The position numbers and the translations under genes are program-made. A model generated the notes under the pieces. It saw only the letters and a list, made by a program, of their open reading frames with translations. It made no database searches and had not been told where the DNA came from. 64,000 bases of DNA from Flavobacteriales bacterium (lineage in GTDB: Bacteria; Bacteroidota; Bacteroidia; Flavobacteriales_D; CALLUQ01), in assembly GCA_963669295.1 (NCBI GenBank), contig OY769938.1, positions 1,890,278 to 1,954,277 on the forward strand, written 5' to 3'. Shown here piece after piece: positions 55,685-64,000 of this stretch. The number at the start of each line of letters is the position of its first letter. Positions within the stretch are counted from its first letter, which is position 1.

Positions 55685-57832
55685 ATGGCGAAGAAAAAAA
55701 AATCGAAAAAACGATCTTCCGGTCAAAGGAAGCTAAAAAAAATGCTCATTAAAGATATCCTTGGCATTTTTCGCAGCAACCCTAAAAAGATACTCAATTA
55801 TAAACAAATTTCTTCACTCTTAGAAATACACGATTCTTCAGTAAGAAAGTTAGTGAATGACATTTTAAGGGAGCTAAAGGCCAACGAAAAGGTAGTAGAA
55901 GTTCGTACAGGGAAGTTCAAGTATAATATGGTAGAGTTGATGCTTACCGGCCGCCTGGAGGTAACCCGAAGTGGCGCTGGGTTTTTGGTTTCTGAAGAGA
56001 GTGAGGACGATGTTTATATTTCTCCCGAAAATTTGAATCGAGCATTTAATGGCGATACTGTTGTGGTTCGTTCATTTGGCAAAGCCAAAGGGAAAAGACC
56101 AGAGGGGGCTGTGGTTGAAATTGTAGCAGAGCATAAACGTGAGTATGTTGGTACTATTGAGCTCACGCGTGATTTTGGTTTCCTGATTGCCGACGATCCA
56201 AAAATGCATGTAGATATATACATCACTCCCGAAAAACTGAAAGGCGTGAAACACGGAGAAAAGGCATTGGTAAAAATTACCGATTGGCCCACTCGTGCTT
56301 CCAGCCCCTATGGTAAGGTAATTAAGGTATTGGGGCAACCCGGAGAGAACAACACCGAAATGCACGCTATTTTGGCCGATTTTGGTTTGGCCATTGATTA
56401 CCCCAACAAACCGACCACTGCTGCCAATAACCTGGATGCTTCTATTACAAAAGAGGAAATTGCTAAACGTAGGGATTTTAGAGCGATCCCCACTTTTACT
56501 ATAGACCCTGACGATGCCAAAGATTTTGATGATGCTTTATCTGTTCAGTTACTTGACAATGGCAATTGGGAAGTTGGGGTTCATATTGCCGATGTTTCTC
56601 ATTATGTTACTCCTGGCTCAGTGATTGACCAGGAAGCAGTTAAAAGGGCTACTTCTATTTATCTGGTAGATCGTGTAATACCCATGTTGCCAGAAATTCT
56701 TTCCAATCAAATTTGTTCGTTACGCCCTCTTGAAGAAAAACTTTGTTTTTCAGCTATTTTTGAGCTCACCGAAAAGGCCGAGCTGGTGAACGAGTGGTTT
56801 GGTAAAACAGTTATTTATTCTGATCGAAGGTTTACTTATGATGAAGCGCAAGCCATTTTAGAGGGCAACCCAGGTGATTTTTCTAAAGAGCTTAATCTGC
56901 TCAATGATTTGGCCAAAAAATTGCGGGAGAAACGCCTGGAGAACGGTTCGCTCAACATAAAAAGCGTAGAGGTTAAGTTTCATTTAGATGATGAAGGCAA
57001 CCCTACTGGGGTTTTCTATAAAACCACCAAAGATGCCAACCGATTAATCGAAGACTTTATGTTGTTGGCCAATAAAAGAACTGCCGAGTTTATAGGGAAA
57101 CCAAAAGATGGTACAACACCCAAAACATATGTATACCGGGTACACGACCTGCCCGATGAAGAAAAGTTAAAAGAGCTTTCGCAATTCGCTTACAAGTTTG
57201 GGTATAAAGTGCGGTCTTCAGGGCTTGGCGATCCTAAAGTAATGAATCAGTTGCTGGCTGATATTGAAGGCAAGGATGAAGAAAACATTATTGGCCAAAT
57301 TGCTATTCGATCGATGTCGAAGGCTTATTACAGTACTGAAAACATTGGGCATTATGGGCTGGCGTTTGATTATTACTCTCATTTTACTTCACCCATTAGG
57401 CGTTATCCTGACTTAATTGCTCATCGTTTATTAGAAACGTATTTGACTGGAGGAAAAACGGCTGATAAAGGCTCTATTGATGTGCTGTGCAAGCATTCTT
57501 CTACTATGGAGAAAAGGGCTAGCGAAGCGGAACGGGCTTCCATTAAATTTAAGCAGGTACAGTTTATGCTTGAAAAGATCGGTGAGGAGTTTGACGGTAT
57601 TATTTCAGGCATTACCGATTGGGGCATGTTTGTGGAAATTGTAGAAAACAAATGTGAAGGATTAATCCACATCAATAACATTAACGATAATGACTATTAT
57701 TATTTTGATGAAGACAATTACCGGCTGGTTGGTAAGAATTACGGCCGCGAGTTTAGGCTGGGAGACCCGGTAACGATTGTGGTGAAAAATGCTGATTTAT
57801 TGAATAAGCAACTCGATTTTGAGCTGGCGTAA
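55685..57832 (+). CDS. rnr: Ribonuclease R
   Basis: Lys-rich N-terminus, cold-shock-like domains, RNB core ('TIDPDDAKDFDDALS', 'YLVDRVIPMLPE', 'HYGLAFDYYSHFTSPIRRYPDL') and a C-terminal S1 domain. The start was set at ATG 55685 (MAKKKKSKK). The longer track ORF overlaps the upstream gene. Confidence 0.95.
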   Translation: MAKKKKSKKRSSGQRKLKKMLIKDILGIFRSNPKKILNYKQISSLLEIHDSSVRKLVNDILRELKANEKVVEVRTGKFKYNMVELMLTGRLEVTRSGAGFLVSEESEDDVYISPENLNRAFNGDTVVVRSFGKAKGKRPEGAVVEIVAEHKREYVGTIELTRDFGFLIADDPKMHVDIYITPEKLKGVKHGEKALVKITDWPTRASSPYGKVIKVLGQPGENNTEMHAILADFGLAIDYPNKPTTAANNLDASITKEEIAKRRDFRAIPTFTIDPDDAKDFDDALSVQLLDNGNWEVGVHIADVSHYVTPGSVIDQEAVKRATSIYLVDRVIPMLPEILSNQICSLRPLEEKLCFSAIFELTEKAELVNEWFGKTVIYSDRRFTYDEAQAILEGNPGDFSKELNLLNDLAKKLREKRLENGSLNIKSVEVKFHLDDEGNPTGVFYKTTKDANRLIEDFMLLANKRTAEFIGKPKDGTTPKTYVYRVHDLPDEEKLKELSQFAYKFGYKVRSSGLGDPKVMNQLLADIEGKDEENIIGQIAIRSMSKAYYSTENIGHYGLAFDYYSHFTSPIRRYPDLIAHRLLETYLTGGKTADKGSIDVLCKHSSTMEKRASEAERASIKFKQVQFMLEKIGEEFDGIISGITDWGMFVEIVENKCEGLIHINNINDNDYYYFDEDNYRLVGKNYGREFRLGDPVTIVVKNADLLNKQLDFELA

Positions 57833-58585
57833 TTATACCAGGTTTATTCTACTAGACAGCTCATCTTTATAAGACCCTCCAATGGGTATTATTTTCTTAT
57901 CATTTTCCAATATTAAGTTGGGTTGCTCGATGGCCGCTATTTTATCCAATCTTACAATAAATGATCGATGCACACGTATGAAATCATCTGAGGGCAACTT
58001 GCGCTCAATGTCTTTCATGGTAGAGTGTATCGTGTACCTGGTTTTGAGGGTGTTGATTACTACGTAGTCTTTCAATGCCTCAACAAAATAAATATCGGAA
58101 GTTTTCAGTTTTACCAGCCTTGAATTGGCTTTTACAAAGATGAAATCTTTAGAGTCTTTGTTTTCTACCAACGAGTACAACAAATCTCTTTCTTTTCTTA
58201 CTTCATTCTCTTTGCTGTGCTTGTACAATGCCATTTCTATGGAGGTGTGCAAGTCAATTTCTTTAAAAGGTTTGATGATGTAGCCATATGGCTCTGTAAC
58301 TTTTGCTTTCGCTAATGTTCCTTCATCGGCATAGGCCGTCAAATAAATCACAGGAATGTTCATTTTTCCTCTGATTTGTTCGGCAGCTTGTATTCCATTC
58401 ATTTCTCCCTTCAACATAATATCCATCAACACAATGTCAGGTTTTGCTTCCTGCGCCAATTCAATTGCATTTTCTCCAGTAGCGGCTGCTCCAACAATAT
58501 TATAGCCCAATTTCTTCAGGCTTTGCTGTATATCCTTAGAAACAATGCTTTCGTCTTCAACAACTAAAACATTTGTTTTTGCCAT
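57833..58585 (-). CDS. LytTR-family response regulator
   Basis: 250 aa with a REC domain ('VLVVEDE', 'PDIVLMDI', 'YIIKP') and a LytTR DNA-binding domain ('IYFVEALKDYV', 'FIRVHRSFIV'). Confidence 0.92.
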   Translation of the reverse strand: MAKTNVLVVEDESIVSKDIQQSLKKLGYNIVGAAATGENAIELAQEAKPDIVLMDIMLKGEMNGIQAAEQIRGKMNIPVIYLTAYADEGTLAKAKVTEPYGYIIKPFKEIDLHTSIEMALYKHSKENEVRKERDLLYSLVENKDSKDFIFVKANSRLVKLKTSDIYFVEALKDYVVINTLKTRYTIHSTMKDIERKLPSDDFIRVHRSFIVRLDKIAAIEQPNLILENDKKIIPIGGSYKDELSSRINLV

Positions 58586-58596
58586 CTTCTAATCAG

Positions 58597-61500
58597 TTAG
58601 GTTTGCTGGTCGAAAGTTATTAAATATTTCGTACCATTTTTCGTTTCCAGTTCAATTTCTCCATCAAGTTGATCAACAAGTGCTGAAACCAGTTGTAATC
58701 CCAAAGAATCTGTTTGTTTGTAATCAAATCCCTCAGGAAGGCCTATCCCATTATCTTCAACTTCAATTTGAACTTTATTTTCTACTTCCTTAATTCGAAT
58801 TCGAATGTACCCTATTTCTTTGTCATCAGGAAACGCATATTTCAGCGCATTGGATACTAATTCATTTACAATGAGCCCGCAAGGAATTGCTTGATCCAGG
58901 TTTAGATATACTTGATCTATGTCTAATTTCAGTTCGACCAAGTCCTTATAAACTCGATATGAATGTACTAAATTTTTAGATAAATTTAAAATGTAGTCCG
59001 AAAAATCAATGGATGAGAAATTCTTGGTTTGATAGAGGCTTTCGTGAATAAACGACATTGATTTAATCCGGTTTTGGCTCTCTTTTAGTATCTCTAATGT
59101 GTTCTCATCTTTTACGTAAGAAGACTGTAGGTTGAGTATACTCGATATTACTTGTAGGTTATTTTTTACCCTGTGGTGAACTTCTTTTAAGAGTACATCC
59201 TTTTCTTCTAACGATTGTTTAATTTGTTTTTCTGTGAGCTTCTTATCTGTAATTTCATGTGCAATACATGCTATTTCATGTATTTTCCCTTTTTCTAGTC
59301 GAATAGGATTTAAGAATGATTCAAACCACACTGTTTCTCCATTTTTATCTTTCATTGGCCCTTCAAAATGCTGTGGTTTCCCTTTCGTGGCTTGCTTGTA
59401 AAAGTTGTTTTGCTCTTTACGCAATGTTGGCTTAATGAATGGAGTAACCATCTCTAAAAAGCGATCTCCTTCATTTACATCCAGGTTAAACTGTTGTTTA
59501 ACTTTACTTTTAAAGTTCTCGTTTAGCGATGTTATCCTCAATTGTTTATCCAGTGTCCAAATCATCATATGAGGTGAACTGTCGAAGATAGACTGTATTT
59601 TGGCTGCTTGCTCTTGCGCATTTTTTTCCGCCTGTTTTGCTTCAGTAACATCTCTAAAAATACTTCTTGTAGAGTGGGGAGTTCCATTTTCAAATCGAAT
59701 ACTGGCGTTTCCAACAACATCAATTGCTTTGCCCTTTTTAGAAACAAATGTGGTTTCTATGTTTTCTACACTTTCTCCGTCAAATATTTTAGAAAATACC
59801 GCTTCACAATGTTCTCTTGATTCGGGGTGTATGATGTCGAACATGTTCATTTCTTTGATGTCTTCATCATTATACCCCATGGCCTTTTTCCAGGCGTTAT
59901 TCACATAAATGAAGTTTCCATTGTTGTCAATGCTTTGAATGAAGTCTGTTGCATTTTCAAATAAATCTCGATACCGTTCTTCACTTTTTCTTAATTCTTC
60001 CTCAGCACGTTTTATTTCTGTAATATCTCTTGATACTCCCATTGCCCCTAACACAACTCCTTCTTCATTTTTTAACAATGATGCTGCCAGGTAGGTGGTA
60101 AACATCTCTCCATTTTTAGCTACGTTGGTAATTTCTCCCGAATAAGAGCCATGATCGGCTAATTCTTTTCTAATCTTCTTAAACTCTTCTGTAAATGCAT
60201 ATAGTGTTCGAGGGCTCTTGCCTTTTATTTCTTCTTCTGAATAACCAAACTGTTCTATGGCTGCTTTGTTGAATTCTGTAATTTCATTGTTCACATCAGT
60301 AGCAATGATCATGTCTAGTGAACTATCGATGATGTTGCGTGTGAATTTTTGAGCCACTTCAAGTTTTCGCTGGGTGTTTTTGTGCTCTTTTATTTCTTTT
60401 TCTAACGTTTTGTTGGTTTCTTCTGCTACTTGTGCTCTTAACTGCTCTTTTGCCAATTGTTTTTGATACGTAAGGTCGTGTAAGATTACTTGTATGGCTT
60501 GCATGCCATTGTAGTTGATGTTTACTGATTGTAATCCTAATTCTATTACTGTTCCATCTTTTCGTTGGGCTTTTACTTCTTCAAACTTTAGATGTTCTCC
60601 TCTTTTTAGTCGTTTTATGCGTTTTTCAATGGTGTTTTTGTATTCGCTCAACAATACATTCGTAAATTCAGTACCTATTAAGTCTTTGCTGTTTTTAACT
60701 CCCAATAATTTTAGTGCGCTCGGGTTTACATATCGTACTACTCCTTCTACGTGTATTAATATTCCATCAGGCGAGTACTCGACCAGGTTTTTAAAGCTTT
60801 CCTGACTTTTTCGAAGGTTCTTCTCATAATTTTTTCGTTCAGTAATATCTGCCACAAACCCTTCTACAGCAATTAATTTTCCATCGTTGTTGTACACTCC
60901 TTCTCCTTGCTCCCAAACCCATTTTTCTTCACCGGTAGCACTACTAATCTTATATTCCAGTACAAATGGTATTTTATCCTTTAAGCTTTTCTTTAAGTGC
61001 TTCTTAATATTGTCAAATCCATCTACATTTAATGCTGCAAAGGCTACCTTTTTGTTGTTGATCAATTCTTCTGCTTCATAGCCTGTTAATTCTTTACAAC
61101 CATTGCTTACAAATTCTACCGTTCTTTTTTCATCATTTTTACAGCGGTAAGCCATTCCGGGCAGGTTACCCAATAGCGTGGCCATCGCTCTTTCTCGTTC
61201 TTTCAGTGCTTCTTCAATCTTCTTTCTGGCAGTAATATCGTATACCACTGATACCCGAACAGTATTACCGTTGTATGGAATGTACTCCCCTCTCGATTCC
61301 AGTGTAATAACATCTCCATTTTTCTTTCTACTTCTTACTTCATAGGTATGATCGTATCCTGCAGTAATGTATTCTTCTACTGCTTTCATTTCTTCGGGCA
61401 CCACAAAGTCTTCTATATTCATTCCTATGACATCTATTCTCGAGTTATACCCATGAAGAATAGCAAACTGGTCGTTGGCATCAATGATTTTTCTTCCCTC

Positions 61501-64000
61501 ACTTATTATGATCCCTTCAATCGTTGCTTCTGACAATAATCGAAATCGTTCTTCACTTTCAATAATAGCACGTTCTGCTTCTTTGCGTTCAGTAATATCA
61601 CGTATAATTGCTTGAAGAAACTTTTGGCTTCCCAGCTCAAAAACATTTAAGCTTACTTCAGCATCAAAAGGGGTTCCATTTTGCTTAACATGTTTCCAGT
61701 AAAACGATTGTGTTATACCTTTTAACGCTGCGGCTATTTTGTCTTTTGTTTTATCGTACGACGATTCTCCATCTGGTTGCTGTTGAGGTGAAAAATCAAA
61801 TGGTGAACGCCCAATGATTTCTTCTTTTTTACAAGCAAACATTTCCAACGTTTTCTCATTGCAATCAATGTAGTTTTCGTTGTCCATGATTAAAATGGCA
61901 TCGTTCGCTTCGGAAAAAAGTAATCTGAACTTTTCTTCACTTTCTACCAATGCTTCCCCGGTAATTTTTAATTCTGTAATGTCAATAAATGTTCCTTCAA
62001 TATGTTCGGGGTTTCCTTCATCATCGTTGGTTAATGTAACATTGGCCAATACCCATACTTTACTGCCATCTTTTCTTTTGTGGCAAATTTCGTAGTTGGT
62101 TAAGAAACCTCTCGTTAACAGATCTTCCAGGTATACATCTCTATCTTTTTCGTTGAAATAAAGGTCAATGCTTCGTTTGTTGAGAATATCAACCCTACCT
62201 CCATAACCTAAGATTTTAGCAAACGCATCATTGCACTCCAGTATTTTTCCATCTACCGTTGTTCTAAACACTCCTGCAAGGTTTCTTTCGAACAACGTTC
62301 TATATCTTTCCTCCGATAGTCTTACTGCTTCTTCTGCATCCCTACGTTCGGTAATGTCGGTAACAATACCCATCGACCCTGTTACATTCGACTCGTCGTC
62401 GTATATAGGGGCACCACTTAATTCTACCCAAACATTTTCTCCTGTTTTTCGTTTCGCCTTAATTTCTATTTTAGAAGCAACTCCCTTTTTTCTATCCTTT
62501 ATAGCATCGGTTAGCAAATTAAGGTTGTCTTCGGCAAACATGTCGTACGCTTCTTTGCCTAACAGTTCTTTTTCTGTATAGCCTAATATTTCGGCAAATC
62601 TCTTGTTTACATATTGTATTTTTTCATCTTTATCTACCCGCACTACTCCTTCATTCATTTTCTCTACCAGAGTACGATATTGTTCTTCACTTTTCTTAAG
62701 AGATTGCTCAGCAATAACTCTTTCTGTTACATCTCTTAATATTCCCATGTTGGCTACATGGCGGCCATTCTCATCCAATTTTGGAAACATTTTTTCTTCC
62801 AACCAAACGTATTCTTTGGTGTCTTTAGATAAGTAACGGTAAGTCATTACAATGGGCTGTTTTTTTTCATTCAGCTCATTGATGATGCTTTTCACATTTT
62901 CTATGTCATCAGGATGAAAATAATCGAGCACTTTTCCTTTTAGTACTTCCGATTCGTACTCTTTGGCCGTAAAACCTATAAGTTGCTTTATTTGAGGGCT
63001 GATGTATTTAAAAACTTTACTACCATCTTCCTTAATCTCTACGTTGTAAACCAAGTCATCAATGCTATTGAGTACCATAGACAATGTTTCTTCACTGTCT
63101 TTTAATGCTTGCTGTACATTTTTTAAGTCGGTAATGTCTGTAAAGGTACCTTCGATGTATTCAGGGTTTCCTTTTTCATCATAAATCAACGATGCATTTT
63201 CCAGCATCCTTATTTCTTTTCCATTTTTTAATTCTATCCAACTCTCATGGTTTTTTAATCTTCCTTTGGCATCAAATCGGTCCAGAAACTCTCCCTTATC
63301 AGAAGAGTTCTCATATAACTCATTGGCTTTAATGTTAGTTACTTCCTCTTTCGACTCGAAACCTAAAATTTGAGCAAAAGCATCATTGCATTCTAATACT
63401 ACCCTATTAATGTCTGTTCTATATACTCCTGATGGGTTTCGCTCAAACAGGGTACGATAACGCTCTTCAGACAATCGTAATGCTTCTTGCGATTCTATTC
63501 TTTCGGTAACATTTCTTATTATTCCAAAATTAGCGGTGTGCTTGTTGTTTTCGAACTTAGGAAATACCTTCTCTTCTAACCAGATGTAAGTATCGCTTCC
63601 TTTTGGTTTAAATCTGTATACCAACGAAACAGGTTGTTTTTCTACCTTTATTTGCTCTGATACAGCACGTATTCTATCAAGATCGTTGGGATGATAGCGC
63701 TTTAACAGCGCCCCTGTTGCTTCATTCTTATACTCGTTTACATCTAAACCAAACAGTTCTTTTGCTTTAGGACTGATGTATTCGATTATCCTGGTGTTAT
63801 CTTCTGCAATGGATATGTTGTAAATTAATTCGTCAATGTTTTGAAGAATAAGTCCTAGCTGTTCTTTCTGTTCCTGATCCTGGGTTACATCCCTTACAAT
63901 GGTGAGTACTTCATCATCACTCATTGCTACCATTCTTGCCTCAAAATATTTCCGTCCCGATGCCAGGTTTAAATCGTATTGATATTGCCTTGGCTCTTTG
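58597..64000 (-). CDS. Multi-PAS sensor histidine kinase (HisKA_2 plus HATPase_c), N-terminus outside the window
   Basis: The reading frame stays open upstream of the Met at 63933 to position 64000 (..KEPRQYQYDLNLASGRKYFEARMVAMSDDE). At least 13 PAS units are delimited by recurring 'D(I/V)TE.K..E..L..SEE.YR.LFE' linkers. The C-terminus has 'VHHRVKNNLQVISSILNLQ' (HisKA_2 H-box), an N box 'NELVSNALKYAF' and a G box 'DNGIGLP'. Confidence 0.9.
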   Translation of the reverse strand, partial: KEPRQYQYDLNLASGRKYFEARMVAMSDDEVLTIVRDVTQDQEQKEQLGLILQNIDELIYNISIAEDNTRIIEYISPKAKELFGLDVNEYKNEATGALLKRYHPNDLDRIRAVSEQIKVEKQPVSLVYRFKPKGSDTYIWLEEKVFPKFENNKHTANFGIIRNVTERIESQEALRLSEERYRTLFERNPSGVYRTDINRVVLECNDAFAQILGFESKEEVTNIKANELYENSSDKGEFLDRFDAKGRLKNHESWIELKNGKEIRMLENASLIYDEKGNPEYIEGTFTDITDLKNVQQALKDSEETLSMVLNSIDDLVYNVEIKEDGSKVFKYISPQIKQLIGFTAKEYESEVLKGKVLDYFHPDDIENVKSIINELNEKKQPIVMTYRYLSKDTKEYVWLEEKMFPKLDENGRHVANMGILRDVTERVIAEQSLKKSEEQYRTLVEKMNEGVVRVDKDEKIQYVNKRFAEILGYTEKELLGKEAYDMFAEDNLNLLTDAIKDRKKGVASKIEIKAKRKTGENVWVELSGAPIYDDESNVTGSMGIVTDITERRDAEEAVRLSEERYRTLFERNLAGVFRTTVDGKILECNDAFAKILGYGGRVDILNKRSIDLYFNEKDRDVYLEDLLTRGFLTNYEICHKRKDGSKVWVLANVTLTNDDEGNPEHIEGTFIDITELKITGEALVESEEKFRLLFSEANDAILIMDNENYIDCNEKTLEMFACKKEEIIGRSPFDFSPQQQPDGESSYDKTKDKIAAALKGITQSFYWKHVKQNGTPFDAEVSLNVFELGSQKFLQAIIRDITERKEAERAIIESEERFRLLSEATIEGIIISEGRKIIDANDQFAILHGYNSRIDVIGMNIEDFVVPEEMKAVEEYITAGYDHTYEVRSRKKNGDVITLESRGEYIPYNGNTVRVSVVYDITARKKIEEALKERERAMATLLGNLPGMAYRCKNDEKRTVEFVSNGCKELTGYEAEELINNKKVAFAALNVDGFDNIKKHLKKSLKDKIPFVLEYKISSATGEEKWVWEQGEGVYNNDGKLIAVEGFVADITERKNYEKNLRKSQESFKNLVEYSPDGILIHVEGVVRYVNPSALKLLGVKNSKDLIGTEFTNVLLSEYKNTIEKRIKRLKRGEHLKFEEVKAQRKDGTVIELGLQSVNINYNGMQAIQVILHDLTYQKQLAKEQLRAQVAEETNKTLEKEIKEHKNTQRKLEVAQKFTRNIIDSSLDMIIATDVNNEITEFNKAAIEQFGYSEEEIKGKSPRTLYAFTEEFKKIRKELADHGSYSGEITNVAKNGEMFTTYLAASLLKNEEGVVLGAMGVSRDITEIKRAEEELRKSEERYRDLFENATDFIQSIDNNGNFIYVNNAWKKAMGYNDEDIKEMNMFDIIHPESREHCEAVFSKIFDGESVENIETTFVSKKGKAIDVVGNASIRFENGTPHSTRSIFRDVTEAKQAEKNAQEQAAKIQSIFDSSPHMMIWTLDKQLRITSLNENFKSKVKQQFNLDVNEGDRFLEMVTPFIKPTLRKEQNNFYKQATKGKPQHFEGPMKDKNGETVWFESFLNPIRLEKGKIHEIACIAHEITDKKLTEKQIKQSLEEKDVLLKEVHHRVKNNLQVISSILNLQSSYVKDENTLEILKESQNRIKSMSFIHESLYQTKNFSSIDFSDYILNLSKNLVHSYRVYKDLVELKLDIDQVYLNLDQAIPCGLIVNELVSNALKYAFPDDKEIGYIRIRIKEVENKVQIEVEDNGIGLPEGFDYKQTDSLGLQLVSALVDQLDGEIELETKNGTKYLITFDQQT

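Noticed and set aside
1-64000. Search for a genomic island, prophage or defence locus (integrase, transposase, restriction-modification, toxin-antitoxin, Cas, reverse transcriptase)
   Set aside because: No ORF shows the hallmark motifs of these families. The only mobility-like signature is the small GIY-YIG cassette at 15.0-15.4 kb, which is reported separately.

Overview
This window looks like a chromosomal segment from a Bacteroidota-type genome. The evidence is T9SS type A and type B C-terminal sorting domains, SprB repeats, an acpP-fabF-rnc-IPExxxVDY-pyk gene order, a YfiR/DUF4154 gene and lipoprotein signal peptides. No transposase, integrase, phage gene, CRISPR array or rRNA is visible. 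About 50 protein genes and one tRNA are supported. From left to right: (1) a housekeeping block at 0.2-18.3 kb with pheS, an M42 peptidase, pyk, rnc, fabF, acpP, an iodotyrosine-deiodinase-like nitroreductase, purN, an RNase H1, aminopeptidase N, a biotin carrier, a PfkB kinase, tRNA-Asn, ftsH and a VIT1 transporter. (2) A stress and signalling neighbourhood at 18.9-32.3 kb with a TPR-SpoIIE phosphatase, hsp20, a tandem Usp, a beta-propeller-sensor nucleotide cyclase fused to an HD domain, and a tight five-gene unit of YfiR-like, TPR, HAMP-PP2C phosphatase, NfeD/YqiJ and flotillin. (3) A MacA/MacB-permease/TolC efflux operon without an ATPase, then an M28 peptidase and ferritin. (4) Two T9SS cargo neighbourhoods at 38.4-42.6 kb and 46.7-55.6 kb, each with a paralogous all-alpha protein of unknown function. 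The second holds two large SprB-repeat adhesins with highly similar tandem repeats. (5) Between them, a GbsR-headed six-gene operon of unknown function. (6) rnr, then a LytTR response regulator with a HisKA_2 kinase carrying at least 13 PAS domains, which runs off the right edge. The best leads for undescribed biology are the YfiR-TPR-PP2C-NfeD-flotillin unit, the GIY-YIG mini-cassette flanked by 52-bp direct repeats built from the tRNA-Asn 3' end plus its terminator, the motif-dense ORF-free gap at 1.8-2.4 kb, the GbsR operon, and the all-alpha paralogs linked to T9SS cargo. All functional calls come from reading motifs in the translations. No database search was run.
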